The notes under the pieces are model-generated. The model had not been told where the DNA came from and searched no databases. It worked only from the letters and a program-made list of their open reading frames with translations. Of a stretch of 64,000 nucleotides of DNA, positions 20,116-29,802 are shown piece after piece. The stretch comes from a bacterium (GTDB lineage: Bacteria; UBA8248; JACPRG01; G963555815), in the NCBI GenBank assembly GCA_965261595.1, contig CBDHDG010000002.1, forward strand, positions 224,001-288,000. Direction: 5' to 3'. Every line of letters begins with the position of its first letter. The stretch's first letter is position 1. A program made the translations under genes and the position numbers.

Positions 20116-22284
20116 TTATTTTAAGACCACCGAGGCGTCGAGGACGAAACATTCTCCGTTCCGCGCCGTCACCCGGATGGGGTTGACGTCGATGCTTTCA
20201 ATTTTCTCACCGGCCAGGACCGCCAGATGGCTGACACGCACCAGGACGTCCCGCAAAGGCCCCCAGTCCACCGGCCCCCCCAGGTCCACCTCCGCCAGGT
20301 CCGGAAATCCCCGCACCTCGCCGAGCATCTCCGCGGCTTCCTCGGGGGAGACCGGCGCGAGCCTCATCGAGACCTCATCGAGGATCTCCGTGTGGACGCC
20401 TCCCCAGCCGAAGACGACCACCGGGCCGAACGTGGGGTCGTTGTGCGACCCGATCAACAGGTCCACACCGTCGCCGGCCATGGGCTCGATCAGGATCCCC
20501 GCGTTGCGGGCCGCCCGCGTCCGGTCGAGCGAAGCGCTCAGGGCCGAAAAGGTTTCCAGGACGCCCGGCTCGTCCTCGACGTTCAACCGGACGAGTCCCG
20601 CCATGTTCTTGTGAGGGATGTCCGGCGAAAGGGCTTTCATGGCGACGGGGAAACCGAAGCGCCGCGCCGAGGCCAGGGCCTCATCGGCGGTCGACGCCAA
20701 CGCGCTGTCCAGAAGAGGGATGCCGCACGACGCGAGCCAACGCTCGCTCTCATGCTCGGTCAGCGTTGGTCCGTCCCCGGCGGGCATCGCCTCGGCGGCG
20801 GTGCGCATGTCCTCCGGCGGGGGCTCGGCTTCGGGCGTGAGGTTTTCCCTTCCCTCCGCGTAATCCGACAGGCGGGAAAGGGCGCCCGCCAGGCTTCGGG
20901 GAGAGTCCATGACGGGGATGCCGTTCGCCCGGCACGCCTCGCGGCCCGGTGAGGAGAGCTCGCCGCCAATCCAGCAGGTCAGCACGGGTTTGGGGGAATT
21001 CCGGGCCAGCTCGGCCAGGGTCTCCGCGCGCTCCCGGGCGACTTGTCCGGCGCCGGGGACCATGACGACCGCGACCGCGCCGAGCGCGTCATCGTTCAGG
21101 AATTCCTCGACGGACCGGCTGAAAATCTCAGGCTGGGAGAGATGCTGCCCCGTCAGGTCGACGGGATTGAGGGTCTGCCGGGCGAACGGAGGCAGGAGCG
21201 GGGTGAGCCGCGAGACGGTTTCCGGGGAGGGGGAGGGGAGGGAGATTCCGCTTCCCTCGGCCGCGTCCGCCAGGAGGGCGGCGGCGCCCCCCGATGTGGT
21301 GATGATCCCGAGCGTCCGTTTCCGCGGAAACCGCTCCTGTAGGAGGACCTCTGCGGCGTCCAGAAGCTCTTCCGGGTCATCCGCCTGGACCGCCCCGGCC
21401 TTCCGGCAGGCGGCTTCGAAGATCCGCGCCGATCCGGCCATCTTCCCGGTGTGCGCCAGGGCCACCCTTCGACCTTCTTCGGATTTTCCGACTTTGAGCA
21501 AGACCACGGGTTTGGCCGCCCGCCGCAGGGCCTCCAACGCGTGAAGAAACTTCCTGCCGTCCTTGATCCCTTCCACCAGGGCCATGACGACCCGGGTGGA
21601 TTCGTCCTCGGCGAAACAGGTCAGGAAATCGGCCGTGTCCAGGTCCGCTTCGTTCCCTGTCGCCACGCTGTAGGAAAGACCCAGGCCGCGGTCGGCCGCG
21701 CGGTTCGCCAGGGCGGCCATCATGGCCCCGCTCTGGGAGACGAATCCCAATTCGCCGGCCGACAGGTCCCCCGCCTCGAACGACAAGGAGAATGAGAGCA
21801 CAGCCCGTCCGTGGAAATTGACCGCGCCCAGGGTGTTCGGCCCCAGGATGCGCATCCCATGCTCGCGGCCGAGGGCGATCATCCGGTCCTGGAGCGCGCG
21901 TCCCTCTTCTCCCCCTTCGGCGAAGCCGCCGCTCATCACGATGGCCGATTTTGCGCCGCGTTGGCAGAGACCTTCCAGCGCCGGGAGGACTTTGTCCGCC
22001 GGGAGGAGGATCAGGGCGCAATCGATATTCTCCGGGAGATCGAGGACGCTGGGAAAGCAGGGCGTCCCGTTCAGGTCCTTGTACTTGGGGTTCACGGCGA
22101 AGATCTCGCCCGGGAAACCATTCAGACGCAGGTTGTGCAGCGGCTTTCCGGAGACCTTAGCCACATCCGCGGAGGCACCCACCAGGGCCACCGACCGGGG
22201 CCGGAGAAGGGGGTGGATGTCCGAGGGCGCGGCCGGCCCCGAGCCCGAAACCGCCGGGGGCGCCTGGTGGGTCTTCATGCGCAT
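20116..22284 (-). CDS. ADP-forming acyl-CoA ligase (fused alpha-beta, ATP-grasp)
   Basis: PRSVALVGAS, GPNTLG, SQSG, GNEAD, AHTG phospho-His, NPVDL, DVNP. Confidence 0.9.
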   Translation of the reverse strand: MRMKTHQAPPAVSGSGPAAPSDIHPLLRPRSVALVGASADVAKVSGKPLHNLRLNGFPGEIFAVNPKYKDLNGTPCFPSVLDLPENIDCALILLPADKVLPALEGLCQRGAKSAIVMSGGFAEGGEEGRALQDRMIALGREHGMRILGPNTLGAVNFHGRAVLSFSLSFEAGDLSAGELGFVSQSGAMMAALANRAADRGLGLSYSVATGNEADLDTADFLTCFAEDESTRVVMALVEGIKDGRKFLHALEALRRAAKPVVLLKVGKSEEGRRVALAHTGKMAGSARIFEAACRKAGAVQADDPEELLDAAEVLLQERFPRKRTLGIITTSGGAAALLADAAEGSGISLPSPSPETVSRLTPLLPPFARQTLNPVDLTGQHLSQPEIFSRSVEEFLNDDALGAVAVVMVPGAGQVARERAETLAELARNSPKPVLTCWIGGELSSPGREACRANGIPVMDSPRSLAGALSRLSDYAEGRENLTPEAEPPPEDMRTAAEAMPAGDGPTLTEHESERWLASCGIPLLDSALASTADEALASARRFGFPVAMKALSPDIPHKNMAGLVRLNVEDEPGVLETFSALSASLDRTRAARNAGILIEPMAGDGVDLLIGSHNDPTFGPVVVFGWGGVHTEILDEVSMRLAPVSPEEAAEMLGEVRGFPDLAEVDLGGPVDWGPLRDVLVRVSHLAVLAGEKIESIDVNPIRVTARNGECFVLDASVVLK

Positions 22285-22903
22285 TTCCTCAAAATGAGGG
22301 CGGTGTGACCCGCCGGGTGCGTCGGAGACGGCCCTTGCCCGCGTTCGTTATCAAGGGGGGGGATCGTCCGGGAAACACCGAAGCTGTCCCCCATTTTTCA
22401 AGATGCGCTGTTCCCGGATCCCCCCGCCGAGAGTCTCCAGGAGGGTCCGAGGAAAATGACTCATTTTGCGTAAGTGAGGATGATTTCACCATTGGTGAAA
22501 TGTGTCAAGGCGCAGGCGGGACGCGCTTCCATCGGCTTTTCAATGGGTGACGCCGCGTTCGGGTCGGCTTCAGTGATTCTGTTTCGAACGGGCGTGTGAC
22601 GGCCGGTTGACTCCCCGCGCGGGACGAAGGCCGGCAGGCGTTGGTTATGGTCATTTTAGGAAACCAGTATCATCTGTAAAAATTGCGAATTGGAAAGGCC
22701 CCGCGGGGGCCGCGTCGGACTCTTTTCACCGCTGAATTGACAAGGTTTTTTCTTGCCTCTATATACCTTTTCACTTCGTTGTAGAATGGCGGATTCGGTT
22801 TTGCGGCCCGGTCCGTGAAGACGGGGAAAGGGCCGCGGCCGAGCGGACGATCGGACCGTCCGCCGGCGTCAAAGGGCGATAACGCCCGGCCCAGGAGGAG
22901 GTT

Positions 22904-24412
22904 ATGGCTGACCAGGTCTACATCTTTGACACCACCCTTCGAGACGGAGAGCAGTCACCGGGCGCCAGCATGGATCTCCATGAGAAGCTCGAGCTCGCTC
23001 TTCAACTCGACGCGCTCGGGGTGGACGTCATTGAGGCCGGGTTTCCCATCGCCTCCGAGGGGGAGTTCGAGGCCGTGCGCGAGGTTGCCGGCCACGTCAA
23101 GAACAGCTCGGTGTGCGCCCTCACCCGGACCAAGAAGGCCGATATCGACCGGGCCTGGGAGGCCGTCCGGGATGCCGCCGACCCCCGGATCCACACCTTT
23201 ATCGCCACCTCCGACATCCATCTCGAGCACAAGCTCCAGATGAGCCGCGAGGATGTTCTGGAAGAGGCGGTCGCGGGGGTGAAGTACGCACTGAAGTACT
23301 GCTCCAACGTGGAGTTCTCCCCGGAGGACTCCTCCCGGACGGACCTGGATTTCCTTTGCGAAGTCATCCGGGCGGCTGTGGACGCAGGTGCGAAGGTCGT
23401 CAACGTCCCCGACACGACGGGCTACTCCATCCCGGAGGAGACGGCCCAGCGGTGGAACTACATCTTCGAGCGCGTCCCCCATCGGGAAGGCGTGACATTC
23501 AGCGCCCATTGTCACAACGACTTGGGGCTGGCCGTCGCCAACAGTCTGGCCTCGGTCCAGGCCGGCGTCCGGCAGGTGGAATGCACCATCAACGGCATCG
23601 GCGAGCGGGCCGGAAACGCTTCCCTCGAAGAGGTCGTCATGGCCATCCAGACCCGCTCGGACTTCCTGCCGTATTACACGGAAGTCAACGCGGAGGAAAT
23701 CTACAAGACCAGCCGCCTCCTCAGCAGCATCACCGGCCTGACCATCCCCCGGAACAAGGCCGTCGTCGGCAAGAACGCCTTCTCCCACGAGGCCGGCATC
23801 CACCAGCACGGGATGATCAAGAAGGCCCTGACGTACGAGATCATGACGCCCGAGTCCGTCGGCCGGCACGACAGCACCCTGGTGCTGGGCAAGCACTCGG
23901 GCCGCCACGGGATCCGCATGCGATATAAAGAGCTGGGGCACAACCTCACCGACGAACAGCTCAAGGAGGTCTATCCCCGGTTCCTGAAGGTTGCCGATAA
24001 GAAGAAGGAGGTTTTCGACGAGGACCTCATCGCCATTTTGGACGACGAGCTTCGGGCGCACACCGAGCGGTTCCGGCTGGAGTACCTCCATGTAAGCAGC
24101 GGGACCGATACCATCCCCGCCGCGACGGTCAAGCTGGCCGACGGCGATCGGATCCTGATGGAGTCCGGAAACGGCGACGGCCCGGTGGACGCCGTTTTCA
24201 ACGCCATCGCCAAGATCACCCAGGCGCCCGTTTCGGTCACGGATTACTCGGTCCAGTCGGTCACACGCGGAAAAGAGGCCCTGGGCGAGGCTTTCGTGAA
24301 GCTGGATGTGGGCGGGAAGGTTGTCACCGGAAAGGGCGCCAGCACCGACATTATCGAGGCCAGCGCCAAGGCCTACCTCAACGCCCTGAACAAACACCTG
24401 GCCTCTCTGTGA
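22904..24412 (+). CDS. leuA: 2-isopropylmalate synthase
   Basis: [43 protein letters not shown]-terminal regulatory domain (GDGPVDA); AGGAGG RBS. Confidence 0.95.
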   Translation: MADQVYIFDTTLRDGEQSPGASMDLHEKLELALQLDALGVDVIEAGFPIASEGEFEAVREVAGHVKNSSVCALTRTKKADIDRAWEAVRDAADPRIHTFIATSDIHLEHKLQMSREDVLEEAVAGVKYALKYCSNVEFSPEDSSRTDLDFLCEVIRAAVDAGAKVVNVPDTTGYSIPEETAQRWNYIFERVPHREGVTFSAHCHNDLGLAVANSLASVQAGVRQVECTINGIGERAGNASLEEVVMAIQTRSDFLPYYTEVNAEEIYKTSRLLSSITGLTIPRNKAVVGKNAFSHEAGIHQHGMIKKALTYEIMTPESVGRHDSTLVLGKHSGRHGIRMRYKELGHNLTDEQLKEVYPRFLKVADKKKEVFDEDLIAILDDELRAHTERFRLEYLHVSSGTDTIPAATVKLADGDRILMESGNGDGPVDAVFNAIAKITQAPVSVTDYSVQSVTRGKEALGEAFVKLDVGGKVVTGKGASTDIIEASAKAYLNALNKHLASL

Positions 24413-24480
24413 CGGGCCGGGACAGGCTCCGGATCAACCGCCGATCAAAGAGCGAATGTCACGAAACCCAGGCTGGATAA

Positions 24481-24511
24481 GGCTTCACGGCGCTGAATCG
24501 CCGGTGAAGCC
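24481..24511 (+). terminator. Stem-loop downstream of leuA
   Basis: GGCTTCACGGCG-CTGAAT-CGCCGGTGAAGCC; no clear U-tract. Confidence 0.4.
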
Positions 24512-24519
24512 GTGTCATC

Positions 24520-24708
24520 TGTGGAAAAAATTTGTTGACACACCAGCCCATGGATGAAGAATTGTAAAAAAATGGAAAAGTATTTGATATTAAATGAGTT
24601 ATGAAATTGCCCATTATTTGTGCAATTTGTTGAAGATGGCTAACGGCGGACGTTTAGAGCGATTATGAACGGGTTTTTCCGCAGGTTTTCCACAATCGAT
24701 GTGGAAAC
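24520..24708. promoter_or_regulatory. AT-rich segment with DnaA-box-like 9-mers
   Basis: TTTTCCACA at 24520-24528 (-) and 24686-24694 (+); 1-mismatch copies at 24675-24683 and 24700-24708. Confidence 0.4.
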
Positions 24709-24752
24709 TCCGGAAGGAGTTTACAACCCCCCAAAACTCAAGCTGTTGTGCG

Positions 24753-25907
24753 ATGTCACCCATCTTGAAGCGCCAGTCTGAAGGTAAAGAAAATCGGGTT
24801 TCCGCCGCCGGGTCCGGGCGCGCGGGCGTGCGGGGTCGGGTCGTCGTCGCCATGAGCGGGGGGGTGGACAGCTCCGTCGCGGCGGCCATCCTGGCGGAGG
24901 ACGGTTGGGACGCCATCGGCGTCGGGATGCAGCTCTGGGACTATTCCGAGGCCCGGGAGAGCTTCGACTCCTGTTGCTCGCCCCTTGACGTCATGGACGC
25001 CCGGTCCGTGGCCGCGAAACTGGGAATCCCTTACTATCTCCAGAACTACCAGGACTCCTTCCGCGAGGAGGTGGTGGACGTCTTCGTCCGCGAGTACCGG
25101 TCGGGGAGGACCCCCAGCCCATGCGTTCTTTGCAACCAGCGGTTCAAGTTCTCCCACCTCCTCAGGCGCGCGGAGGAGATGGGGGCGGAGAAGGTGGCCA
25201 CCGGGCACTACGCCCGGGTGCTCCGGCGGCCGGACGAGGGCCGGTGGGCGCTGTATCGGGGCCGGGACCGGGCGAAGGACCAGAGCTACTTCCTGTTCAG
25301 CCTCGATCAGGCCCAACTGGCCGCGGCGCTGTTTCCTGTAGGAGAACTGACGAAGGAAGAAGTCCGCGAGAGGGCGCGCGGCCTCGGCCTCAAGACGGCC
25401 GATAAACCCGAGAGCCAGGATATCTGCTTCGTCTCGGGCGAGACCTACCCCGAGTTCATCCAGCGGCGGACGGGCGAGGACTTCGCGCCCGGGGAAATTG
25501 TCGACACCGGGGGAAAAGTCCTGGGCGAGCACGGCGGATTCCCCCGCTACACCGTGGGGCAGCGGAAGGGTTTGGGGATCTCCGCCCCCCGGCCGTATTA
25601 CGTCCTCCAGGTGGAAGCGCCCAATAACCGTCTCGTTGTCGGGCATGAAGAAGAGCTGGGCAGGTCGGAGTTCACCGTTTCGGAGACCAACTGGATCATC
25701 CACCTTCCGGTAGATGCGGAGAGAGAGGGCGTCCCGGCGGACGTCCGGATCCGCCACCGGCACGACCCCCGCCCCGCGAGGATTTTCCCCCTCCCGGAAG
25801 GCCGCGCCCGCGTCGTGTTCGACGACCCCGAGCGAGGCGTCGCCCCGGGCCAGGCGGCCGTCTTCTACCGGGAAGACGAAGTCCTGGGCGGGGGGTGGAT
25901 CGAATAG
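24753..25907 (+). CDS. mnmA: tRNA 2-thiouridine(34) synthase
   Basis: AMSGGVDSS, GRTPSPCVLCN, ATGHYA, KDQSYFL, ESQDICF, TVGQRKGLG, APGQ; start uncertain (24753 or 24828). Confidence 0.95.
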   Translation: MSPILKRQSEGKENRVSAAGSGRAGVRGRVVVAMSGGVDSSVAAAILAEDGWDAIGVGMQLWDYSEARESFDSCCSPLDVMDARSVAAKLGIPYYLQNYQDSFREEVVDVFVREYRSGRTPSPCVLCNQRFKFSHLLRRAEEMGAEKVATGHYARVLRRPDEGRWALYRGRDRAKDQSYFLFSLDQAQLAAALFPVGELTKEEVRERARGLGLKTADKPESQDICFVSGETYPEFIQRRTGEDFAPGEIVDTGGKVLGEHGGFPRYTVGQRKGLGISAPRPYYVLQVEAPNNRLVVGHEEELGRSEFTVSETNWIIHLPVDAEREGVPADVRIRHRHDPRPARIFPLPEGRARVVFDDPERGVAPGQAAVFYREDEVLGGGWIE

Positions 25908-26053
25908 GCCCTCGGCGGCGACCCGCCATTGTTCTGAGGGTTCAATCCGCTCTCGTTTCTTTGGAGTGTGGATGATAGCAAGATGGATCACTTTAATTTC
26001 AGGTGGTCTGAGAACTTGTTGGAAAGTCTAGGGTAAGGGTCTGCGGAGATCTG

Positions 26054-27538
26054 GTGAAGATGACCGAAATATCCTATCGATGGCAACCGATAAAAGACCT
26101 GCCGGAGAGCTATAAAGAGCTAGAAAGTCCGGAGCTTCATACACTTGCTCAAGTCTGGAACGAGCAGAAGGATCAGTTGACTCAGTTAGATTCCTTAAAG
26201 GACTTTAATCAGCAGCTCAGAAGAAAGTGGGCGATTGAAACTGGAATCATTGAGCAAATTTATACGCTTGACCGAGGGGTCACACAGCTTCTAATTGAGC
26301 GCGGTATTGATGCGAACCTGATTCCATACGGCGCCTCGGATCGCCCTCCTGAAATGGTTACTTTGATTATACGCGACCATGAAGCCGCAGTGGAAACCCT
26401 CTTCGATTATGTAAAGAATGATCGTCCCGTTTCCACCTCCGCCATCAAGGAATTACATTCCCTTCTGACTCGGCATCAAGAGACAAGTTCCGCTATTAAT
26501 TCAATTGGACGTTCGCTGGAAGTTCCTCTGCTGCATGGCGAGTGGAAAAGGACTTCCAATAACCCGACACGTCCGGACGGTTCCATTCATGAATATTGTC
26601 CACCTGAGCATGTCGCGGCGGAAATGGATAGGCTGATTGAATTTCATTTTGAACATCTAAAGAAGGATGTTTCTCCTGAAGTGGAAGCTGCATGGCTTCA
26701 CCATAGGTTCACACAAATCCATCCGTTTCAAGATGGAAATGGAAGGGTCGTTAGATGTCTTGCCAGCTTGATCTTCTTAAAGGCCGGTTGGTTCTCATTG
26801 GTTGTCACCCGTGAAGAAAGACGAGACTATATCGACGCTCTGGAAGAAGCGGATGACAAGGACAATCTTCGCCCCCTTCTGGGTCTATTTCAGCGATTGC
26901 AGCGGAAGGCTTTTGTAGAAGCCCTTGGGGTTGCGGGGGATATTCAACGAAGGGAAAGGGTCGTTCAGGTAATCGATTCCGCGGTTGACCACCTTCGGAC
27001 TCGGCAAGAGGCGCTTCGCCGTGAATGGGACGAAGCCAAGAACTTAGCAGAACGTTTATCGGAAATGGCTAAGGCGCGTCTAAATGAACTATCTACTGAT
27101 ATTCAAGCAGGATTTAAGACGATCTCAACGGAGTATGGAAATCGGATTGATTTCGAATCGGATAATGGTTCCCGGAGGCATTACTTCCGTTGGCAAATCG
27201 TTCAGACGGCCAAAACGCTGGATTATTTTTCGAACATTGGTGTTTATCATGGTTGGATCAGATTGAAATTGAAAACTGATTCTCAGTCGGAGATATTGAT
27301 ATCATTTCATGGATTAGGAAAAGAATTCAGGGGAATTCTCGGGTGTTCCGCGTGTTTCTATCGAAGGGAGGAATCGGAGGAAGGGCAGCATGCGGTTCAC
27401 GAGGTGTTTCCCGCCTGCAAAGAATTGTTCCAGTTTAACTATAAAGAAACGATTCAGCAGACCTCCGAGCGTTTTCGACTCTGGTTGGATGAGGTGGAAA
27501 TGCTTGGTGTTGAGCTTTGGAGGACTTCCCTCAATTAA
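26054..27538 (+). CDS. Fic-domain protein with C-terminal extension
   Basis: HPFQDGNGRVVR Fic motif; N-terminal ETGIIEQ resembling the autoinhibitory motif; visibly AT-richer than neighbours. Confidence 0.92.
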   Translation: MKMTEISYRWQPIKDLPESYKELESPELHTLAQVWNEQKDQLTQLDSLKDFNQQLRRKWAIETGIIEQIYTLDRGVTQLLIERGIDANLIPYGASDRPPEMVTLIIRDHEAAVETLFDYVKNDRPVSTSAIKELHSLLTRHQETSSAINSIGRSLEVPLLHGEWKRTSNNPTRPDGSIHEYCPPEHVAAEMDRLIEFHFEHLKKDVSPEVEAAWLHHRFTQIHPFQDGNGRVVRCLASLIFLKAGWFSLVVTREERRDYIDALEEADDKDNLRPLLGLFQRLQRKAFVEALGVAGDIQRRERVVQVIDSAVDHLRTRQEALRREWDEAKNLAERLSEMAKARLNELSTDIQAGFKTISTEYGNRIDFESDNGSRRHYFRWQIVQTAKTLDYFSNIGVYHGWIRLKLKTDSQSEILISFHGLGKEFRGILGCSACFYRREESEEGQHAVHEVFPACKELFQFNYKETIQQTSERFRLWLDEVEMLGVELWRTSLN

Positions 27539-27568
27539 GGATTCACCTTGGCTTTCGCTCCTCCATAA

Positions 27569-28276
27569 TCAGGGGTTTACGTACACCGTCCGGTCCTCGA
27601 TCCCCGCCTCAAGGAAGCCCTTCTTCCGTTCCGCGCACTTATTGCAGACGCCGCAGTGGTCCATCCCCCGGGGGTGGATGCACGAGAACGAGAGCTCCAA
27701 GGGGAGGTCGCGCCCCATTTCGGTGACGGCCCGCTTGGTGAGACCGGCGAAAGGGCGGGTGATCCGGAGGGGGGAGTCCAGGGCGGTCGAGAGGGCGGAT
27801 TCCATCTGTTGGAAGAATTCCGGCGTGGCGTCGGGGAAGGGGTTCCGCCCCAGGATGCCCAGGGCGATCTGGTGGATGTCCCGCAGGGCGCAGAAGACGG
27901 CCGTCTTGGCCAGGAGGAGGACGTTGCGGCCCGGCAGGTAAACCGCCGCGTCTTCGGTTTCGGCCCCCGGCACGGCCTCGCCCGTTGTGCTCCAGTGCTC
28001 GCCGTAGAGGTCCCCGGCCGGCAAGTCGAGGACGGTGAGGTTCCGGAGGCCCGCCCTTTTCCCCTCCCGGCTCAGGGCGTCCAGGAAACGGCGCAGCCAG
28101 TGGATCTCCGCCTCCTCCCAGCGGAGACCCTGCCGGATGAAGACGGGGTGGGCCGCCGGGTGGCGCGTCGCCGCCTCGGCCGCCAGAATGCACGAGTCCA
28201 GCCCCCCGCTCACCAGGACGCAGATGGGTTGGGATTCGTCGGGAGATCCCGCGTCGGTTTGTCCCCACGGCGCCAT
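27569..28276 (-). CDS. queC: QueC-like PP-loop ATPase (7-cyano-7-deazaguanine synthase family)
   Basis: LVSGGLDS, YLPGRN, SFSC...HCGVCNKCAER Zn motif. Confidence 0.75.
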   Translation of the reverse strand: MAPWGQTDAGSPDESQPICVLVSGGLDSCILAAEAATRHPAAHPVFIRQGLRWEEAEIHWLRRFLDALSREGKRAGLRNLTVLDLPAGDLYGEHWSTTGEAVPGAETEDAAVYLPGRNVLLLAKTAVFCALRDIHQIALGILGRNPFPDATPEFFQQMESALSTALDSPLRITRPFAGLTKRAVTEMGRDLPLELSFSCIHPRGMDHCGVCNKCAERKKGFLEAGIEDRTVYVNP

Positions 28277-28293
28277 GAATTTTCTCTCCGCGT

Positions 28294-28590
28294 GCGGGGG
28301 GCGCTTTTTGAAAGGCGCCCCCCCGCGCCCCGGTGGGGCGGGCTTCCAGCCCGCCTTCGGAAGGCGGCCAAGATGGCCGCCCTACCATTCGCGATAGCGT
28401 GCGGCCCTGAAAGGGCCGCACGCTATCGCAAGAAAACTGGCTCATTGGTCACGGACCAACGACTTTGCCAAACCAACACCCACCCCTGAAAGGCCAAGCC
28501 TCCGGCTTGGCCGCAGAAAGTTTTCGAGGGGGGTTCCCAACCCCTGGGAGGGGTCCAGGGCGGACAGTTTTCAAAATGTCCCCCCTGGCG
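28294..28590. repeat. Modular palindromic repeat cassette, copy 1
   Basis: Several hairpins incl. perfect 18-bp stem 28391-28429; modules recur at 45011-45286; GTAG-type REP at ~28365-28386. Confidence 0.8.
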
Positions 28591-28598
28591 GGTTTTGC

Positions 28599-29759
28599 CT
28601 ACCGCGTCCTCCCCCTCGCCGCGACGGGCCAGACGGTCTCCACCAGACCGTCGCGTCCCGCATAGACGGTGTCGTACAAGTTCACGGTGGGGCAGATGTG
28701 CGTCGGGATGACCCGGACCTTATCGCCGATTCGTTTCCCCGAAGAATTCTCCACCTGAATCACCCCGTGCTCGTCGGACAGGCCGGTGATGACGGCGCCG
28801 GGTTCATCCTCGACGATGCCGAGGCCCTTCGTGTGAAGGAGGGTTCCTTCCGGCCGCTTGTCGATGCTGAGGGCCTTGGCCCCGGCGTCGATGATCCACC
28901 GGTCCGGAGCGGGGCGGTTGATGATAGTCGTCAGGACGGAGGCCGCGCACCAGTCCGTGTGGCCGAGGATTCCGGCCATCGCGGCGTCGCAGAAGATGTA
29001 TGTCCCGGCCCGGATCTCGTCGATCCCCGGAAGGTAGCCGGCGTCCGCGCCGTTCATCATCGTCCCATACAGCGACGGCGTGGAGCCCACGCTGACCCGG
29101 CAGGCCCGCCCCGTCGCCGCTCGGATGGCATCGGCCGCTTCCACCATGAACGTCTGCGCCTTCAGGGCGGACGCGGCCAGGTCCTCGGGCGAAGACGCCT
29201 CGTAATCCTGCCCCTCGTGCGTAAAGATCCCCCGAAGACGGAGTTGGGGGAGGGCGTGGACGAGCTCTGCGACCCGGATCGCCTCCCGCGTCGTCGGCCT
29301 TCCCTGACGGCCCTGTCCGGTGTCCACCTCGATCAGCACGTCGAGCGGGCGCTCCTCGTCCCGGAACGCGGCGGAGAGGATTTCCGCGTGCTCGGGCAGG
29401 TCCACGCCCACGGCCATGCGGCATGAGCGGGCCAGGTCGCGGAGGCGGCGCAGCTTGGGCTCGCCGACGATGAGGTGAGCGATGAAGATGTCCCGCACGC
29501 CGGCCCCGGCCATGACCTCGGCCTCGCCCAGCTTGGCCGCCGTGACGCCGACGGCCCCGGCCGCGACCTGGAGGTGGGCGATGGGCGGCATCTTGTGCGT
29601 CTTGACGTGGGGGCGCAGCTCGAACCCGGCCGAGTCCGCCAGCGACGCGGCCCGCCGGATGTTTTCGTCCATGCGATCCAGGTCGATGTAGAGGGCCGGG
29701 GTGTCGAGCTCGGCGGCCGGCCGGCCGATGATCAGCGCGTCCCGAATCGGTTCGGACAT
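28599..29759 (-). CDS. Fold-type III PLP enzyme (DSD1/D-threonine aldolase family)
   Basis: DTPAL, RPHVKTHK, EVDTG, EIRAGTY, DAGAK, SDEHG, PTHICPTVNL. Confidence 0.88.
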   Translation of the reverse strand: MSEPIRDALIIGRPAAELDTPALYIDLDRMDENIRRAASLADSAGFELRPHVKTHKMPPIAHLQVAAGAVGVTAAKLGEAEVMAGAGVRDIFIAHLIVGEPKLRRLRDLARSCRMAVGVDLPEHAEILSAAFRDEERPLDVLIEVDTGQGRQGRPTTREAIRVAELVHALPQLRLRGIFTHEGQDYEASSPEDLAASALKAQTFMVEAADAIRAATGRACRVSVGSTPSLYGTMMNGADAGYLPGIDEIRAGTYIFCDAAMAGILGHTDWCAASVLTTIINRPAPDRWIIDAGAKALSIDKRPEGTLLHTKGLGIVEDEPGAVITGLSDEHGVIQVENSSGKRIGDKVRVIPTHICPTVNLYDTVYAGRDGLVETVWPVAARGRTR

Positions 29760-29802
29760 TTTCCGGCTTCCCGGGTTCCGGGGAGAGGAGGGTGGAAGGG
29801 GA

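Noticed and set aside
22290..22903. Leucine attenuator, T-box or riboswitch upstream of leuA
   Set aside because: No Leu-rich leader or recognisable RNA motif; only a TTGACA at 22737 with a poor -10
27569..28276. QatC/Cap9 defence gene
   Set aside because: Short, host-like composition, no Qat or CBASS partners in the window; kept only as a caveat
28294..28590. CRISPR array or integron attC sites
   Set aside because: Repeats are dispersed hairpins without regular spacers; no cas or integrase gene
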